Origin: Piromyces finnis finn
Taxonomy: Eukaryota > Fungi > Neocallimastigomycota
NCBI GenBank assembly: GCA_002104945.1
Contig: MCFH01000021.1
Coordinates: forward strand, 682,001 to 746,000
Length of the DNA: 64,000 nucleotides
Reading direction: 5' to 3'
Shown here: piece after piece, positions 41,801 through 55,280 of the stretch
How positions within the stretch are numbered: the first letter of the stretch is position 1
Layout of the letters: every line of letters starts with the position of its first letter
Program-made: the position numbers and the translations under genes
The notes under the pieces: model-generated
What the model was told of the DNA's origin: nothing
Database searches by the model: none
Seen by the model: only the letters and a program-made list of their open reading frames with translations

Positions 41801-43870
41801 ATAAAAATATACAAATATTTAAAATATTGTATTTTATATTTTCAATTTTTTATATTTAATTAAATATAAATATTAGAATATTAAAATTTAATATACCATC
41901 ATTTATATCAATTTCTATTTTCATTTTAAGTTCGTTAGCTGCCTTTTCACACTTTTGAATTCCTTCATCAGTCGTTAACGTTTCAGAATACAAAGTTGTA
42001 ATGATTTCAGAAGGTATAGTAAGATTATTCTATATAATGAAAATAAAAAGAAGATGAATTAATATTATAATTCATTATTTTATATTTATTTACTAATATC
42101 TTAAAAACAAACTTACTAATAATTCTGATAATTCTTTGTATAATAATTTTTGATTCTCAGTTTGAATTTGGAGATTTTTATTCTTATTTTCAATCTGTTT
42201 TACATCTGTACCCATATCCTATATTATAAATAATGTTAATATTTGTTGTCATGTATATTTAACCTATTCTACAATATAATATTATATATTTTATTTTTGT
42301 AGTTTACATACATTTAATTTTTTGGCATAATCTGATAATAAATCATCAATTAAATCTAATTCACTGATAGCACTATCTAATTGCGTTACAACTAAATTAG
42401 CTTGTTCCTCACATTCAAATATAGAATGAACATTATTCTTTTAAAAAAGATTTAGTAAAACTGTATTATATAATTAAATAAAAAATGTTATTATGTAATG
42501 ATTTCGTATATATATTTACTGCTTCAATTTCCGTTAATTCATTATAAAGACGCTCTACTAAAGCTGTTGCATCACTGCTAGCTTTCCAATTAATATCTTT
42601 TAATAATTCTTCCAAATTAACTTGAACAATTTCCTCTTAATTATTAATTATAATTAAACATTAATATTTTACTATAGATTAAAAAATTATTAAATTTAAT
42701 TATTAAAATTTATACCTTTTAATTTTTGTTCATTTTCATAATTATCAATATCATTTTCTGTTATTTGTTTTGTTGTCTCGGTAACTTCTTCATCCTTGTA
42801 TGAATTAATCATTTCTTAAATAATTATAATATAATAAAATTAATATATAAATAATATATTTAAATTTTTTTTAAATAATTATAGTTTTAATATACTTTGT
42901 AAAAATACTTCATTGAACCCGAAATATTTTGGCTTTTTCTTCATATATTTATCACAAAACTTTTGTTTCGTGATTTTTTTTATTATTATTATTATTATTG
43001 TTGTTGTTGTTGTTATATATTTTTTATATTATTATTTTATATTAAAAAAAGATATATGTTAAATTTAAAAATGTAAAAGATATTTATAAATATTATAAAA
43101 TTTGGTAATATTTAAAAATAATTTTTACCTTAACAATCATATAGATAAATTCATTTCTTCCTTTATCATTTGGACATCTCCAAACATGAGTCTTACTGTT
43201 AAATGTTATTGAAAATAAAGGATTCTTTTATTTTTATATAAAAATATAATAAATATTATTTAATATTTTTAAATATTTACTAATAATTTTTTAATATAGT
43301 ATTATTATATTAAATTTACTTTTTCTATTAATTCTATTGATTTAATATCTTCCAAATTCCATGATTTTTTACAAAAAGAATAAATTCCTGTTGTTTCATT
43401 CTTTTTTATTTTTTTAATTTTAATTTTCCATTTTTTTTTTACTTTTATTTATTATGTTAATTGTCAATTATTTAATAGGTTTTATATTTGAAATTATTTT
43501 TGTATATTTTAAAATAAATTATTAATTTAATTATATAAAATTGAATAAAATTATATTATTTTATTATTATTTAAATTAATTTCTTACCAACTAAACATAA
43601 AAATCTCTTTTTATACTTTTTTTTATATTCTATCGATGATTTCTGAAGGCTACTTATACTTCCTTTTGTAAGGTTTTTCATATAACTATTACCAACACCA
43701 TTTGATTTAGTTTCCTCAAATACCTCCGCAATACAAAATAATTTATCCTGAAATTGATTTTTTTCTTGGTCAATTTTTGATAAGGATTGTGAATTTAAAT
43801 TTCCAGAAAATAATTGTTCTGTAATGTTTTTTTTAATAATTTCTAATTCATTATCTGATGAAGGATTCAT
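38853..43870 (-). CDS. SEC3: Exocyst subunit Sec3/EXOC1, multi-exon
   Basis: N-terminal PH-like segment (KRFLCLV...KSWNLEDIKSIE...THVW). WKASSDATALVERLYNELTEIEA|NNVHSI, ELDLIDDLLSDYAKKLN|DMGTDVKQIENKNKNLQIQTENQKLLYKEL, QHDPTFAIGMMV, EFFDGIEELL, C-terminus LIPEIWLSIQNEF...KLDFTLEEL. All checked introns GT-AG. Confidence 0.9.
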
Positions 43871-44172
43871 TTTGAAATATATTTTTATAAATTTATTATA
43901 TTTTTAATAGTTGTTGTGTTTACTTTTATATATAAATTTTATTTATTTATTTTAAAAAAATATATAAATTTAATTTGGTAATTATTTGACTTTATTGAAT
44001 TTAACTTTTTAATTAGTTATTATTGTTGTGTAAATATCTATTTCTCCATTATTATATATTAGTATTAATATATATCAATTCTTTTATTGAAATTTTTGTT
44101 TAATATATATTAATTTTTATTTTTTATTTTATTTTATTTTATATTACACTTTTCTTAAATTGATTTATATAT

Positions 44173-44205
<33 letters not shown>

Positions 44206-44593
44206 CTTTTCTTTTATATATTTTATATTATCATTTTATATGAATTTCTAATAATTAACACATATATTTAATACTTTATAATGTTTCTTCCTTTTTTTTT
44301 TTATTAATTATTTTTTAAATAAAATGTAAATATTTCTTTAATTTGTGTTTATAATTGAAATATATTACAATATATTGTTAATATATTTGAATACTATTTT
44401 AAAAAGATCGTAATATTTAAAATTTTAATAATTTAATTAAATATAATTAAAATTTCAAAGTAGATAACTAAAAAAGAAATTGTTATAGAAAGAAATACTA
44501 AAAATATTATAAAAATATAGTAATAAATAAATAAAAACATTGAATTAAAATAATATTTAAAAGAATATTTACTTTTAAATTATACTATTAAAA

Positions 44594-46066
44594 ATGGATA
44601 TTGATAAAGAATTACAAGAACGTTTAAGAAAATTAAAACAACCTTTTGAAGAAAATAACAAAGAAAAGTATATAAAATATATTTCTAAATTTCTAAATTC
44701 AATATTTTATAATATATTAATTATTCATTTTTAAAGAAATTCACAAGATGAATTATCCAAACGCTTAGCGAATTTATTAGGACGAGATCCAGTAGCTTCG
44801 CAAAAACCAATGAATTTTTCAAATCCAAAACTAAATGATTCAATGGGTTTTACATTTCATGATGAAGTAGATTTCAAAAAAAAAAAAAAATAAATAAATA
44901 AGATATAAGCATTTTTCAATTATTATATTAATATATTATTTTATTTTCTTTTTAATTTTTCAAGATGATAGATTTAAAAAACGCACATATAAATGCATTT
45001 AAAGACTTAAATCAGGAATTAAAAAATAATAATTTTTTGAATTGCAATAATTACAGCAATAGTAATAATAATTGTAATTACAACAATAATAATTATTATA
45101 ACTATAATAATAACAATAATTACAATAATAATAATTACAATAATAATTATAATAATAATAATTACAATAATAATTACAACAACAACAATAATAATAATAA
45201 TAATTACAATAATAATTACAACAACAATAATAACAATTATAATTATAACAATAATAATTACAACAACAATGATAATTTCAATAATGATTTTAATGGGAAT
45301 TGTTATAACAATAATAATAACTTAAATATAAACAATAACAATAATAGAAATAATAATAATTTCCTTAAAAGTAAAACGAAGAATATAAATTTATATTAAT
45401 ATATTAAATATTATAATGTATAGCTTAATATTAATAAAAAAAATTTATTATATAATTTAAATAAATAATATTTAAAAATATCATAACAAGATACAACTCC
45501 TCAGTTTTCAGAAGTGGATCAATTAATTAATAATATTCAGGAACAAGTCCAGTTAGAAAGAAAAGAAGAGGAAACTTATGAATTTATGAAGAATGATTGG
45601 GAAAGTAGATTAAATAAACTAAAAGAATATAAGCCCTATGTTCCACCATCTGAACTTTCACCGAAAAATAATATAAGTAAGATAACAAAGAAAAGTAATA
45701 TAATTAATACAACTAAAAAAAGTAATGATGATACCGATTTGCCACCTCCACCCAAACCAGTTGATAAAAATTTTTTTTATGGAGAAGAAAAGAAAGAAGA
45801 TAAAGATGATATTAATAATTGGTGTTGTAAGATTAATAATATTAATAAAAATGATATTAACAAAAAAAAAATAAAATAAAAATTAGCTATTATAAATTTT
45901 ATTAAATATATTGATAATATAAATATTAACAGGTATATGTAATGACGATGGTGTTATAAGGTGTATTGACTGTGAAAATGATGCCTATTGTAAAAGATGT
46001 TTTAAAGAAACACACCCTAAGAACGATTATGAAATGAGAAATCATAGAACTAAAAAAATAGGTTAA
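44594..46066 (+). CDS. ANCHR/ZFYVE19-like protein lacking FYVE: MIM1-like motifs + Asn/Tyr tract + C-terminal B-box-type zinc finger; 5 exons
   Basis: Exons 44594-44667, ~44737-44868, 44965-45370, 45491-~45826 and ~45933-46066 are in phase. C-terminus [40 protein letters not shown]; N-terminus [12 protein letters not shown]. Confidence 0.75.
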
Positions 46067-46570
46067 TTTGTAAATCTATTTTTTTATATTTTACAAATAA
46101 AATAAATAAAAAAGAAATATTATATAAAATAGCCATTAAAATAAAAAAGAGTTTTTTTTTTACAATCTTGAAATTTAATATTAAGTATTAATGAAATGAA
46201 ATTTATTAATTTTTAAAAGAATTTAAATAATAATTTATTTAATTAAATTATTTTTATTGGATCACCCAAGTGAAATTATGTGTATGAAACCAAATAATTT
46301 TTAGTAATTAAAGTTTTGAAAATTTCACAATAAATCTAAATTATTTTAAAGTTCACATAGGATTAGATTGAAACAATTGCTACATTATACTTTACAAAAA
46401 ATTATTTATTTTTATATTAGTAATTTTTCTTTATTATTAAAAAATCAGTATTTTAAATAAAATAGTAAAACTAACAAAGGTATAACAGTAGAATTAAACC
46501 ATTTTGATAGTAATAACAATAATTATAGTGAATAAAATAAAAATATAGAAAAAAAAATTTAAAGATAAAA

Positions 46571-49500
46571 ATGTATAATGGATCAATATCACATTTTCCA
46601 GAATGGGTTCAAATATTGATTACGATCTTTGTTTCGTTGGCTTTTTTTGAATTCATTATATTTTATATTGTATTCATTTTTGGACTATTTAAATCATGTT
46701 TTAAAAATAAATTAACAAACAAACATGGAAATATTTGGTTAGCTATTATAGCAGCCATAATTTTTACTTTAATTAGATCATTACATATCCCAATGTTATT
46801 AATGAATATTCCATTGCCATTTAAGTTTCCTACATGGTTTATTAAATTAAGTATTTACTTTGTAACATCAGTATTTATTGTTTTATTATTAGCACCTGTT
46901 TTTACTATGATTTTTACTAAAATAATTACTGAAAAAAAGAAACAAGAGAAAAAAGATACATTTGAAGTCAATACTGTACAAAGAGAAAGAAATATTATTA
47001 ATTCTGTTTCTGCTCATGATATTATTAATAATAATTTTGGAAGTAGTTTATCACTAAATAATTTAGATAAAAGTAATTCTGGTTTAAATTTATATAAACC
47101 TTCATCCAACAATCATGTCAATGTTATCAACTTTAATAACAAAAGCAATGAAGAGCATTCTTCGGCTTCTCGTTTGAATAATTTATACAAGGCACCATCA
47201 ACACTTAATAATTATGACGAATATTCATCTACAACTCGTTTAAATGCTGATAATAATCAATCTTCAACAAGAATTAATATAACTGGATCTCTTTCAACAA
47301 TTGATATTGAACCTATTGTATGTATCATAATGCCAATTTACAATGAATTATTACCAATTCTTGTTGATGCTATTGATAGAATTGTTGATTCTAATTATGA
47401 AAAATCAAAATTGCACTTATATTTGTCTTTTGATGATGATACTGAATCTTTTCTTTATATAAAATTAATGAGCTGTCTTGGTGCTCAGAAATATAGAATA
47501 TCTGAAGGTTTGATTTTACTAATAATTTAAATATATATAATATATAATATTAAAAATTTCATTTTAAAATAATATTTAATTTTTATAATATCGATTTAAA
47601 AGATTATAAGGGACCAGAATTAGGACAATCTTCTATTAGAATTGAAAATCATGTTGTGGAAAGTGACCATTATAGTTACAATGAAGGTGGATATCCACCG
47701 ATTTTCAATATGGTTTATAGAGGTGTAAAATGTACTGTTATAAGAAATAAACATGAAGGAAAAAGAATGACACAAGCTAATACATTCAACGCAATAAAAC
47801 ATACTTATGAAGATTTCGTTTTAACATCAACAAATAATATTGCATTAACTGTTCTTTTTATTGATTCTGATGTTTTAATTGATTCCAATGCAATCAAAGA
47901 ATTTGTTAATTGTTTTAAAGATGGAAGAATGGCAGTAACTGGCTTAATTACATGCGCAACTTCATCAGATAATAAAAACTTTTGGTGGCTTTTACAAGAT
48001 CTTGAGTATGTTCAAGGACAAATGATGGATAGATGTTTAGAAAGTTTCTTAGGTGGTGTTACTTGTCTTCCCGGTGCTTTAACAATGGTTGAATTTAATA
48101 CATTAAAGGAAGTTGAAGATGAATACTTTAAAAGTAGTAATTTTATAAAAAATATGAGTATTATTGATTATGCTAGATTCCATCTTGGTGAGGATAGGTA
48201 AAAATGAATTAAATATAATAATATTTATTATTAAATGTTATAAAAAAAAATAAATGATAATAAAAATAAATAATATTATTAATTATTAATATGAATTATA
48301 AAATAGATATTTAACCCATTTATTTATGGATTCTCTTCCATATCCAAATGCAATTGGTTTCTGTCCAACCGCTGTGTGTAAAACAGAAGCACCTAAACGT
48401 TTGTCTGTTTTATTAAAGCAAAGAAGAAGATGGATTTTAGGTAATAAATTTATTAAAAATTGTTTATACATTAATTTTAGATATATATAATATATGTATG
48501 TATATGATACTAATAACAATATTGATTTAAAAAAATTTTTTTTAGGAACATATGCAAATGAAATATATATGTTTACAGATCCAGTTTTATGGAAGTCAAG
48601 ACCATTATTAATGCTATTAAGATTTACACATAACTGTACTCGTTCAATTTCACTCCTACTTTACATCTTTATTATTTCAGTAATAGCAGGAATATTTTCA
48701 AAAGATGGAATGGTGATTGAAACACCAATAATCTTAATTGCTATTATTTTACCTTTAATTACTAATTGGATTTATATGATTTACTTTGGGCTTACTTTAC
48801 ATAGATATAAGACCTTACTTTATCCAGTAATGTATCTTGTTCATCCATTTTTCTCGTGGCTTTGTTTTGTTTATACTATATTTACCTTTAACAAAAGAAC
48901 ATGGGGTGGCCCAAGAACTATTAGTAATCCTACCACAAATAGTACAGAGAAAACAAAAAGTATGTTATCATCTGGAAATAGAAGTAGTGGCATGTCTAAA
49001 TTATCAGATGAAAGTGATGATGACAGATTTGAAAATGAAATCTTCAATATGTATTCTGAAGAATATAATAAAACTATTTATTTATCAGAAGTCGATAAAA
49101 ATACATTATATAATGCATACGGAGGAAGAAAAAGAGAAAAAGATATTGAAACAATTGTTAATAGAATCAATTCTCCAAATAGAAATTCGAGAAATCGTTT
49201 ATCCGAAATATTTAAATTTGAAAAAGGAAATAGTACCAATCATAGTATGGTTACTTCTCCTGTTAGTGTTAATAGTCAAACTAGTTATACAGATACAATT
49301 ATCCCATCAAAAATGAATAATATAACAAATTCTGAAATTAGTAACCAAGGAACAATTATTGCAAATTCAATAAACGTTTACCCTATAAATTCAGATGTTA
49401 ATAGTATTCATGGAACAATTGTGGCAAATAAACCTAAAAGACAACCCTATTATAGATTATATTATGGAAAAGGAAAAGAAAGATATGATTTAGACTATTC

Positions 49501-49591
49501 TAATACAAATTCTATAAGTACAGATTCTACAATAAGTCCAACATCTCCAAATAAACATGATTCAGATACTAAAACTATCTTTAATTCTTAG
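46571..49591 (+). CDS. CHS: Chitin synthase (GT2), class VI/ChsD-like; 4 exons
   Basis: IMPIYNE, HLYLSFDDD, HEGKR, LFIDSD, LQDLEYVQGQMMDRCLESFLGGVTCLPGAL, HLGEDR|YLTHL, KTEAP, LLKQRRRWILG|TYANE, WGGPR. N-terminal and C-terminal TM segments present. Confidence 0.88.
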
Positions 49592-50327
49592 AAATTTTTA
49601 AAATAACTTTTTTTTTTCTAATTATAATTCTAATAATTTCAATAAATAATAATAAAAAAATAGAATATAATAGAGTAAAATATAGTTATAAATAATAATA
49701 AATAAATAATTAAAAAAAAAAAGAATCTAAAAAAATTATATAAAAATAATGTTTAATAACTTTTAAAAATTATTAATAAATATATATTTACTAATAAAAA
49801 TATTTTTCCATTTATTTTATTATTTAATTGTAAGCTCAAAATGTAGTATTTTATTCATTACTGTATAAAAAGTTCAGTGTAAATCAACTTTTTATGTGTG
49901 AATAAAATAGTTTGTGTATAATTTATATTTATTTATATATTGTTTTAATAATTTATTTTAATAATTTCTATAGTTATTCAGTATATTAAATATATTATTA
50001 ATTATTTAGTTATATTTAACTATAAAAAAATAATAAATTAATATTTATAAAGAAAAATACTTTACAAAGAAAAATATTTTACTATATTAGATATTTTCTT
50101 TTTCATTTTTTTTTTCTTTTATCTTAATAAAAATTTTTAATCTTTTTCATTTTTTTTTTTATATTGTTATAAAATTTTTAATTGTATTTTTCATTATTTA
50201 TTTTACACTATTAAATACATTTTTATTTATATAATTATTATAAATATTATAATAAAATAATTAATTTTTATATAAATAAAAAAACTATTTTTTTTTTTTA
50301 TATTTACAACTTTTTTTAATATTTCAT

Positions 50328-53300
50328 TTATTTTCTACTACTTTTTTTAAAAATAGAAAAAGTCTTTCTGAATCCTTTTTTATTCTTTTTTGGCTTGGGA
50401 TTTTGGTCATTATACAATGACATTGTATGCATATTAGTTTCCCAATTTGCCTGTTCTTTATTATATAAAAATGGAATTTCTGAAACATTAATTTTACTAA
50501 CGATCTCAGCTTTATTTTCATTTTCACTTGAATTATTATTTTTTGCTTGAATGAAGCTTATATTATTTTGATTTTGATAGTTTATTCTATCATTACTTTT
50601 ATTTTCATTTTTAAAATCAAATTCAAGTGGTGGCTCTTCAATATATTCATCTTCCTCTTCTTTTATTTCACTGATAATATTACTTATATTATGAACTTTA
50701 CTATCTCTTGTATCTCTAAATAAGAAACTTCTTGAATTATCATTAGAATAAATTGATGAATCTACTCTATTATTATAAAGTGATCCTTCCATGGTTAACG
50801 TTTCTTGTGATCCTAAACTGTCGATGCTATCTTTTCTATTCGTTGATTGTGTGGCTTGAGGTGGTTGTTGATGAGATAAACTATTTGGATCAAAATGTGG
50901 AATACAAAGTTTAGTATGATGAGATGGTATTGGCATATTATTTTGATTATTATATGTATTCATATTTCTTGCAACAGAATATCTATAATATTTTGATTTT
51001 AAAGCAACATCAGATGGTTGTGCAACAGAGTGACGAGTTCTTGCACTAACAACTGAAAATCTAGTTAATGAACTATTTCTTTTAGAAAATATCAAGCCAC
51101 CACTTTGATATTGTCTTCTTTGTGGTGATGCGACATAATAATTGTTTTCTGTTGATATATTTTCTTCCATCATTTTAGGTGTTTTCATAGTTCCAAGATT
51201 AGGTGTTCCCTTATTATCCATGATTGGTGTTTTTTTATCTTCTAAATTGGGTGTTTTTTTATTATCTACAATAGGTGTTTTATTATTTTCCAAATTAGGA
51301 GTTCTTTTATCTTCCGAATTAGATGTTTTTAAATCATTACTAGATAAAGAATTATGTTTACTACTGCTATTTTTTGCCCAGCTTGGTTTAAAATGACCTT
51401 CTTCTTTACTTTTTTCCTTTTCACCACTAATACTATTTTTAATAGCTTCAAGATTATTCATCATTTTTTCAATATTTTTGTCTCTTTCAATATCACAAGT
51501 CATTAAATTTAATGTATCTTCTTCATGAGGAAGAGCACTTAATAATACCTTACCTGTCTCAAAATCTTCATCATCAGCACTTAAACTTTGACGTGATAAA
51601 GAACTTTTATTAACAGGGACACTACTTTTCATAAGATTTGGGGACAATGTAAATTTGTCATATTGTACTGGACGTTTGTTATTATTCATTACAGGAAGAG
51701 AACGGTTTGAAAAATTGGATGAAGTCGAGTCTGAACGTTGACGCTTAGAAGTAACATCAGATAATTTCCTAGTATTACGATATAGTTTTATAGATGAAGA
51801 ATTATCCGTTTCTTCTTCATTATTTATATTGTTTAAACGTCTTATGAAGTAAACATCCTTTCCTTTTTCATCAGTTGCTTTTGTGGTTTCAAAATTCTTA
51901 TTTTTAACATAAAATGGTTTAGTTAAATCCTTAACATTATTTATATCTTGGAAATTTATGCTTGAACGATTAACAGATAATCTATTACCAGATTGCTTTT
52001 TACGTAAATAATTTGAATTATTGTTTTTGTGATTTAAAAATGATTTTCTTTTATTACCGAAATTATCCTGAAGATTAACGCTATGACTATTTGAATAACG
52101 AATTGAATCATGACGAACTGGATTTCTTTCAACTTCATTATCATTTGTAAATTTATTATTTGAAAGTATTTCATATGAAGCTTCAACATCTTGATCCTTT
52201 AAATTATCTAAATTATCTTTAGAATATGTACGACGGATTTGACTTCTTTCCTTAATTTTATCAATTGGTAATTTTATAACTTCTGATTTTGATTTTTTAT
52301 GACCATAATTATTTGGAGGTAATTTTGGTAAGGCAAGAGATTCGAATTTTTTCCTATCTTTCAATTCTTTATCCAATTTTTCTTTTTCGATATTTAATTT
52401 TTTCTCTTCTTCTTCTTCCTTACCTTCATTAATTACATCAAGTTTATTCTCTGGGGTAATGGGTGTTATTGGGGTTTTAGGAAACAATTCAGAATTCATA
52501 TACACATCCAAATTAATAGAATCTCTGTTTTTTGAATATAGGTTTATTACTGAATTATCACTTCCATGGTTAACAAAACTATCATCATCTTCTTCTATAC
52601 TTTCCTGTTTTCTTGTTGATTCACATTGATCATTATCGGATTTATATATTGTAGCTTCAGATGATTTTCTTCGATTTTCAGTTATTTTTATTTCTGGTAT
52701 CTTAATAACTTCTTTTTTATCAATTTCTTTATTTTCTGTTATTTCTGCAGGTTTTTTTTCTTCTTCTTCTATTTTTGTTATATTTGTTTCTTCATTGTTT
52801 TCTTGAGTCTTTTTTGCTAAATTAAATATATAATTTTTAGAAGTTTGTAAAATGTCAGTAAAACAAGGCATATTATTTTCTTCACCATCCTTTAAACTTT
52901 CATTAGAAGTTTTTTTTCTTAAACTTAAGAGATATCTAAAACTTCCAGAATGCTTTAAGGTTGGTTCTAAAACATAAATATTTTTACATACTAATTAATA
53001 TCTATATAATAGTATTTATATATATTAAAGTATAACTATTTATTTCATACTTATTGGTTCATTAGGTTTTTCCTCATCACTTTCACCTTCTTTTTTTATA
53101 TTATTGTCATCAGTTTTCGAAGAATTATTTTCATCAGTTTTAGTGGAAATATTTTTAACTTCATCTATATTATTTCTTTTTTCTTCATGTTTAGCACGCT
53201 TAATTGTATTACTTTTAACTTCAGAAGTTAAATCATCTAAACTTTTTAAAAGTTCATTGTAATCAACAGCAGAAGTTGGAGTTTTAAAGCCATTATTGTT

Positions 53301-53612
53301 TGTTTGCATTCTTGCAAGTGATTTTGTATTAATGTTAAGAGTTGGTCTTTCTGGTATATAATATTCATTATTTCCTAATATTATTTCATTAATTTTATCT
53401 ATACCTCTTTTTTCTGATTTTTTATTTGATTGAACATTTAATTTTGAAAATGTTTTATTAAGAGCATTAATATCAAAAGATTTCGACCTACGATGACTAG
53501 CCTTTTGAGGAGATGCAATTTTCCTCGTTGGACTTGGTTGAGTTTCTACTATTTCCATATTGTTATTTAAATTATTTATAGTGTTATCAGTATTTATAGA
53601 CATTGTTGACAT
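50328..53612 (-). CDS. Uncharacterised ~1070-aa disordered, Ser/Asn/Lys-rich protein; 2 coding exons
   Basis: ORFs 53040..53612 and 50328..52871 join through donor A|GTATGA (about 53050) and acceptor TTTTAG (about 52970) in phase. No recognisable domain; many RxxS and TP sites. Confidence 0.8.
51168..51312 (-). repeat. Coding tandem repeat, 24-bp (8-aa) units with Thr-Pro
   Basis: RTPNLENN KTPIVDNK KTPNLEDK KTPIMDNK GTPNLGTM KTPKMM. Confidence 0.85.
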
Positions 53613-54989
53613 TATAGTTTATTATATTATTTTATATTATATTCTTTTTATGCTATAAAAATTGACTAAAGTATTATTTTCATATTATTAATAAATAAAA
53701 TGATAATATTTTCTTATTTAAAATTAATTAAAATAAAAATATAAAGTTATTCCGTATTAGTGTTTAAATTACTTTAATAAATAATATACTTTTAAAATTT
53801 AAATATACAAAAACAATAATCTTACCTTTGTTTTATAATTTCTTTTTATTAGTTCAGTTATTTAATAATTTATTATTTTTTTTCAACTTTAAATAAAATT
53901 AAATAATAAAAGTTTTAATAATTTATTTACATATATTATTAATATAGATTAATATTTATTCTTCCTTCTAATATTTTTTTAAAACATAAATGTTTTTTCT
54001 AATTCAATTACATATTAAACGTTTTTTTTTTTTTTTATTAGCTCTAAAGTTTTTTTTTTTAAAAGAAAAAATGAAGAAAATAAAAAAAAAAAATTTATGT
54101 AAAAATTTTTTTAATATAATTTAATTATAAAATATAATAATTAAACTTTCATAAGAATATTAAATATTAATATTTTTTTTTTCAAAAATTATGGAATAAT
54201 TGCTCCAGCGATCAATTAAATATTGATATTATTATTTTACTAATTTAATTTTTTTATTCCATATATATATTTATATAATAAAATTTAAAAAAAAAAAAAA
54301 ATATTTTATTCCTAATATTATTAAATACAATTAAGAATTAATAATTAAACTAATGATTAATAAATTTTTTAAATACAAAATTATAAACATTCTTTATTAA
54401 ACCTATTAATATTATAAAATAATATCCTGATTATTATTTAATAAAATAAATGGTTAAAAGTAGTTTATTATTATTTATTACATTCATAAATCATCTTCCT
54501 TCTTTGTCTTTGTCTGTAGGGTGTATTAAAGATAATTTAATAAATTAACATTATTTTAATTCAATTTAATCTACATAAATTTATTTTTTAATATATATAA
54601 TAAATTAAATTCAAATATAATTCAAAAAAAAAACATTATTTAATTTATAATATATTTTTTGTTCCATTCAATAATTTTACGGCTACAATTACACAAAGTA
54701 ATTTAATAATTTTAAAATAAAAATTTAATTTATAATTTATAAATAGATATTATACTTAACCATATTGTAATTTATATTTCTACATTTATTATAATAAATT
54801 AATTCTATATATTTAACATGAAAATACGAATATAAATAAAAAGAAAAACTTTGACAGATGAATAATAATAAAAAATTGACCGTTAAAAATATGCCGTTCA
54901 TTCTCACCACACCTAGTTAAATATGGATAATAAAAAGTTGTTAATATAATAGTTAATTTTAGTAGGAAAAAAAAAACTTTATTGTATCA

Positions 54990-54990
<1 letters not shown>

Positions 54991-55033
<43 letters not shown>

Positions 55034-55050
55034 TAGAATAATAATAATTA

Positions 55051-55096
<46 letters not shown>

Positions 55097-55113
55097 TAGA
55101 ATAATAATAATTA

Positions 55114-55159
<46 letters not shown>

Positions 55160-55176
55160 TAGAATAATAATAATTA

Positions 55177-55219
<43 letters not shown>

Positions 55220-55236
55220 TAGAATAATAATAATTA

Positions 55237-55277
<41 letters not shown>
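54991..55277 (+). repeat. Compound (AAT)n array with 4 higher-order units of ~60-63 bp, each marked by TAG-(AAT)4-TAG
   Basis: Direct reading; the antisense ORF shows 4 copies of SNYYYSN separated by Y13-14. Confidence 0.92.

Positions 55278-55280
<3 letters not shown>

Noticed and set aside
38853-43870. Possible minor intron in SEC3 (some exocyst genes are minor-intron genes in animals)
   Set aside because: All junctions I traced are GT-AG with U2-like donors; GAATCCTTT near 43225 is exonic (NPL).
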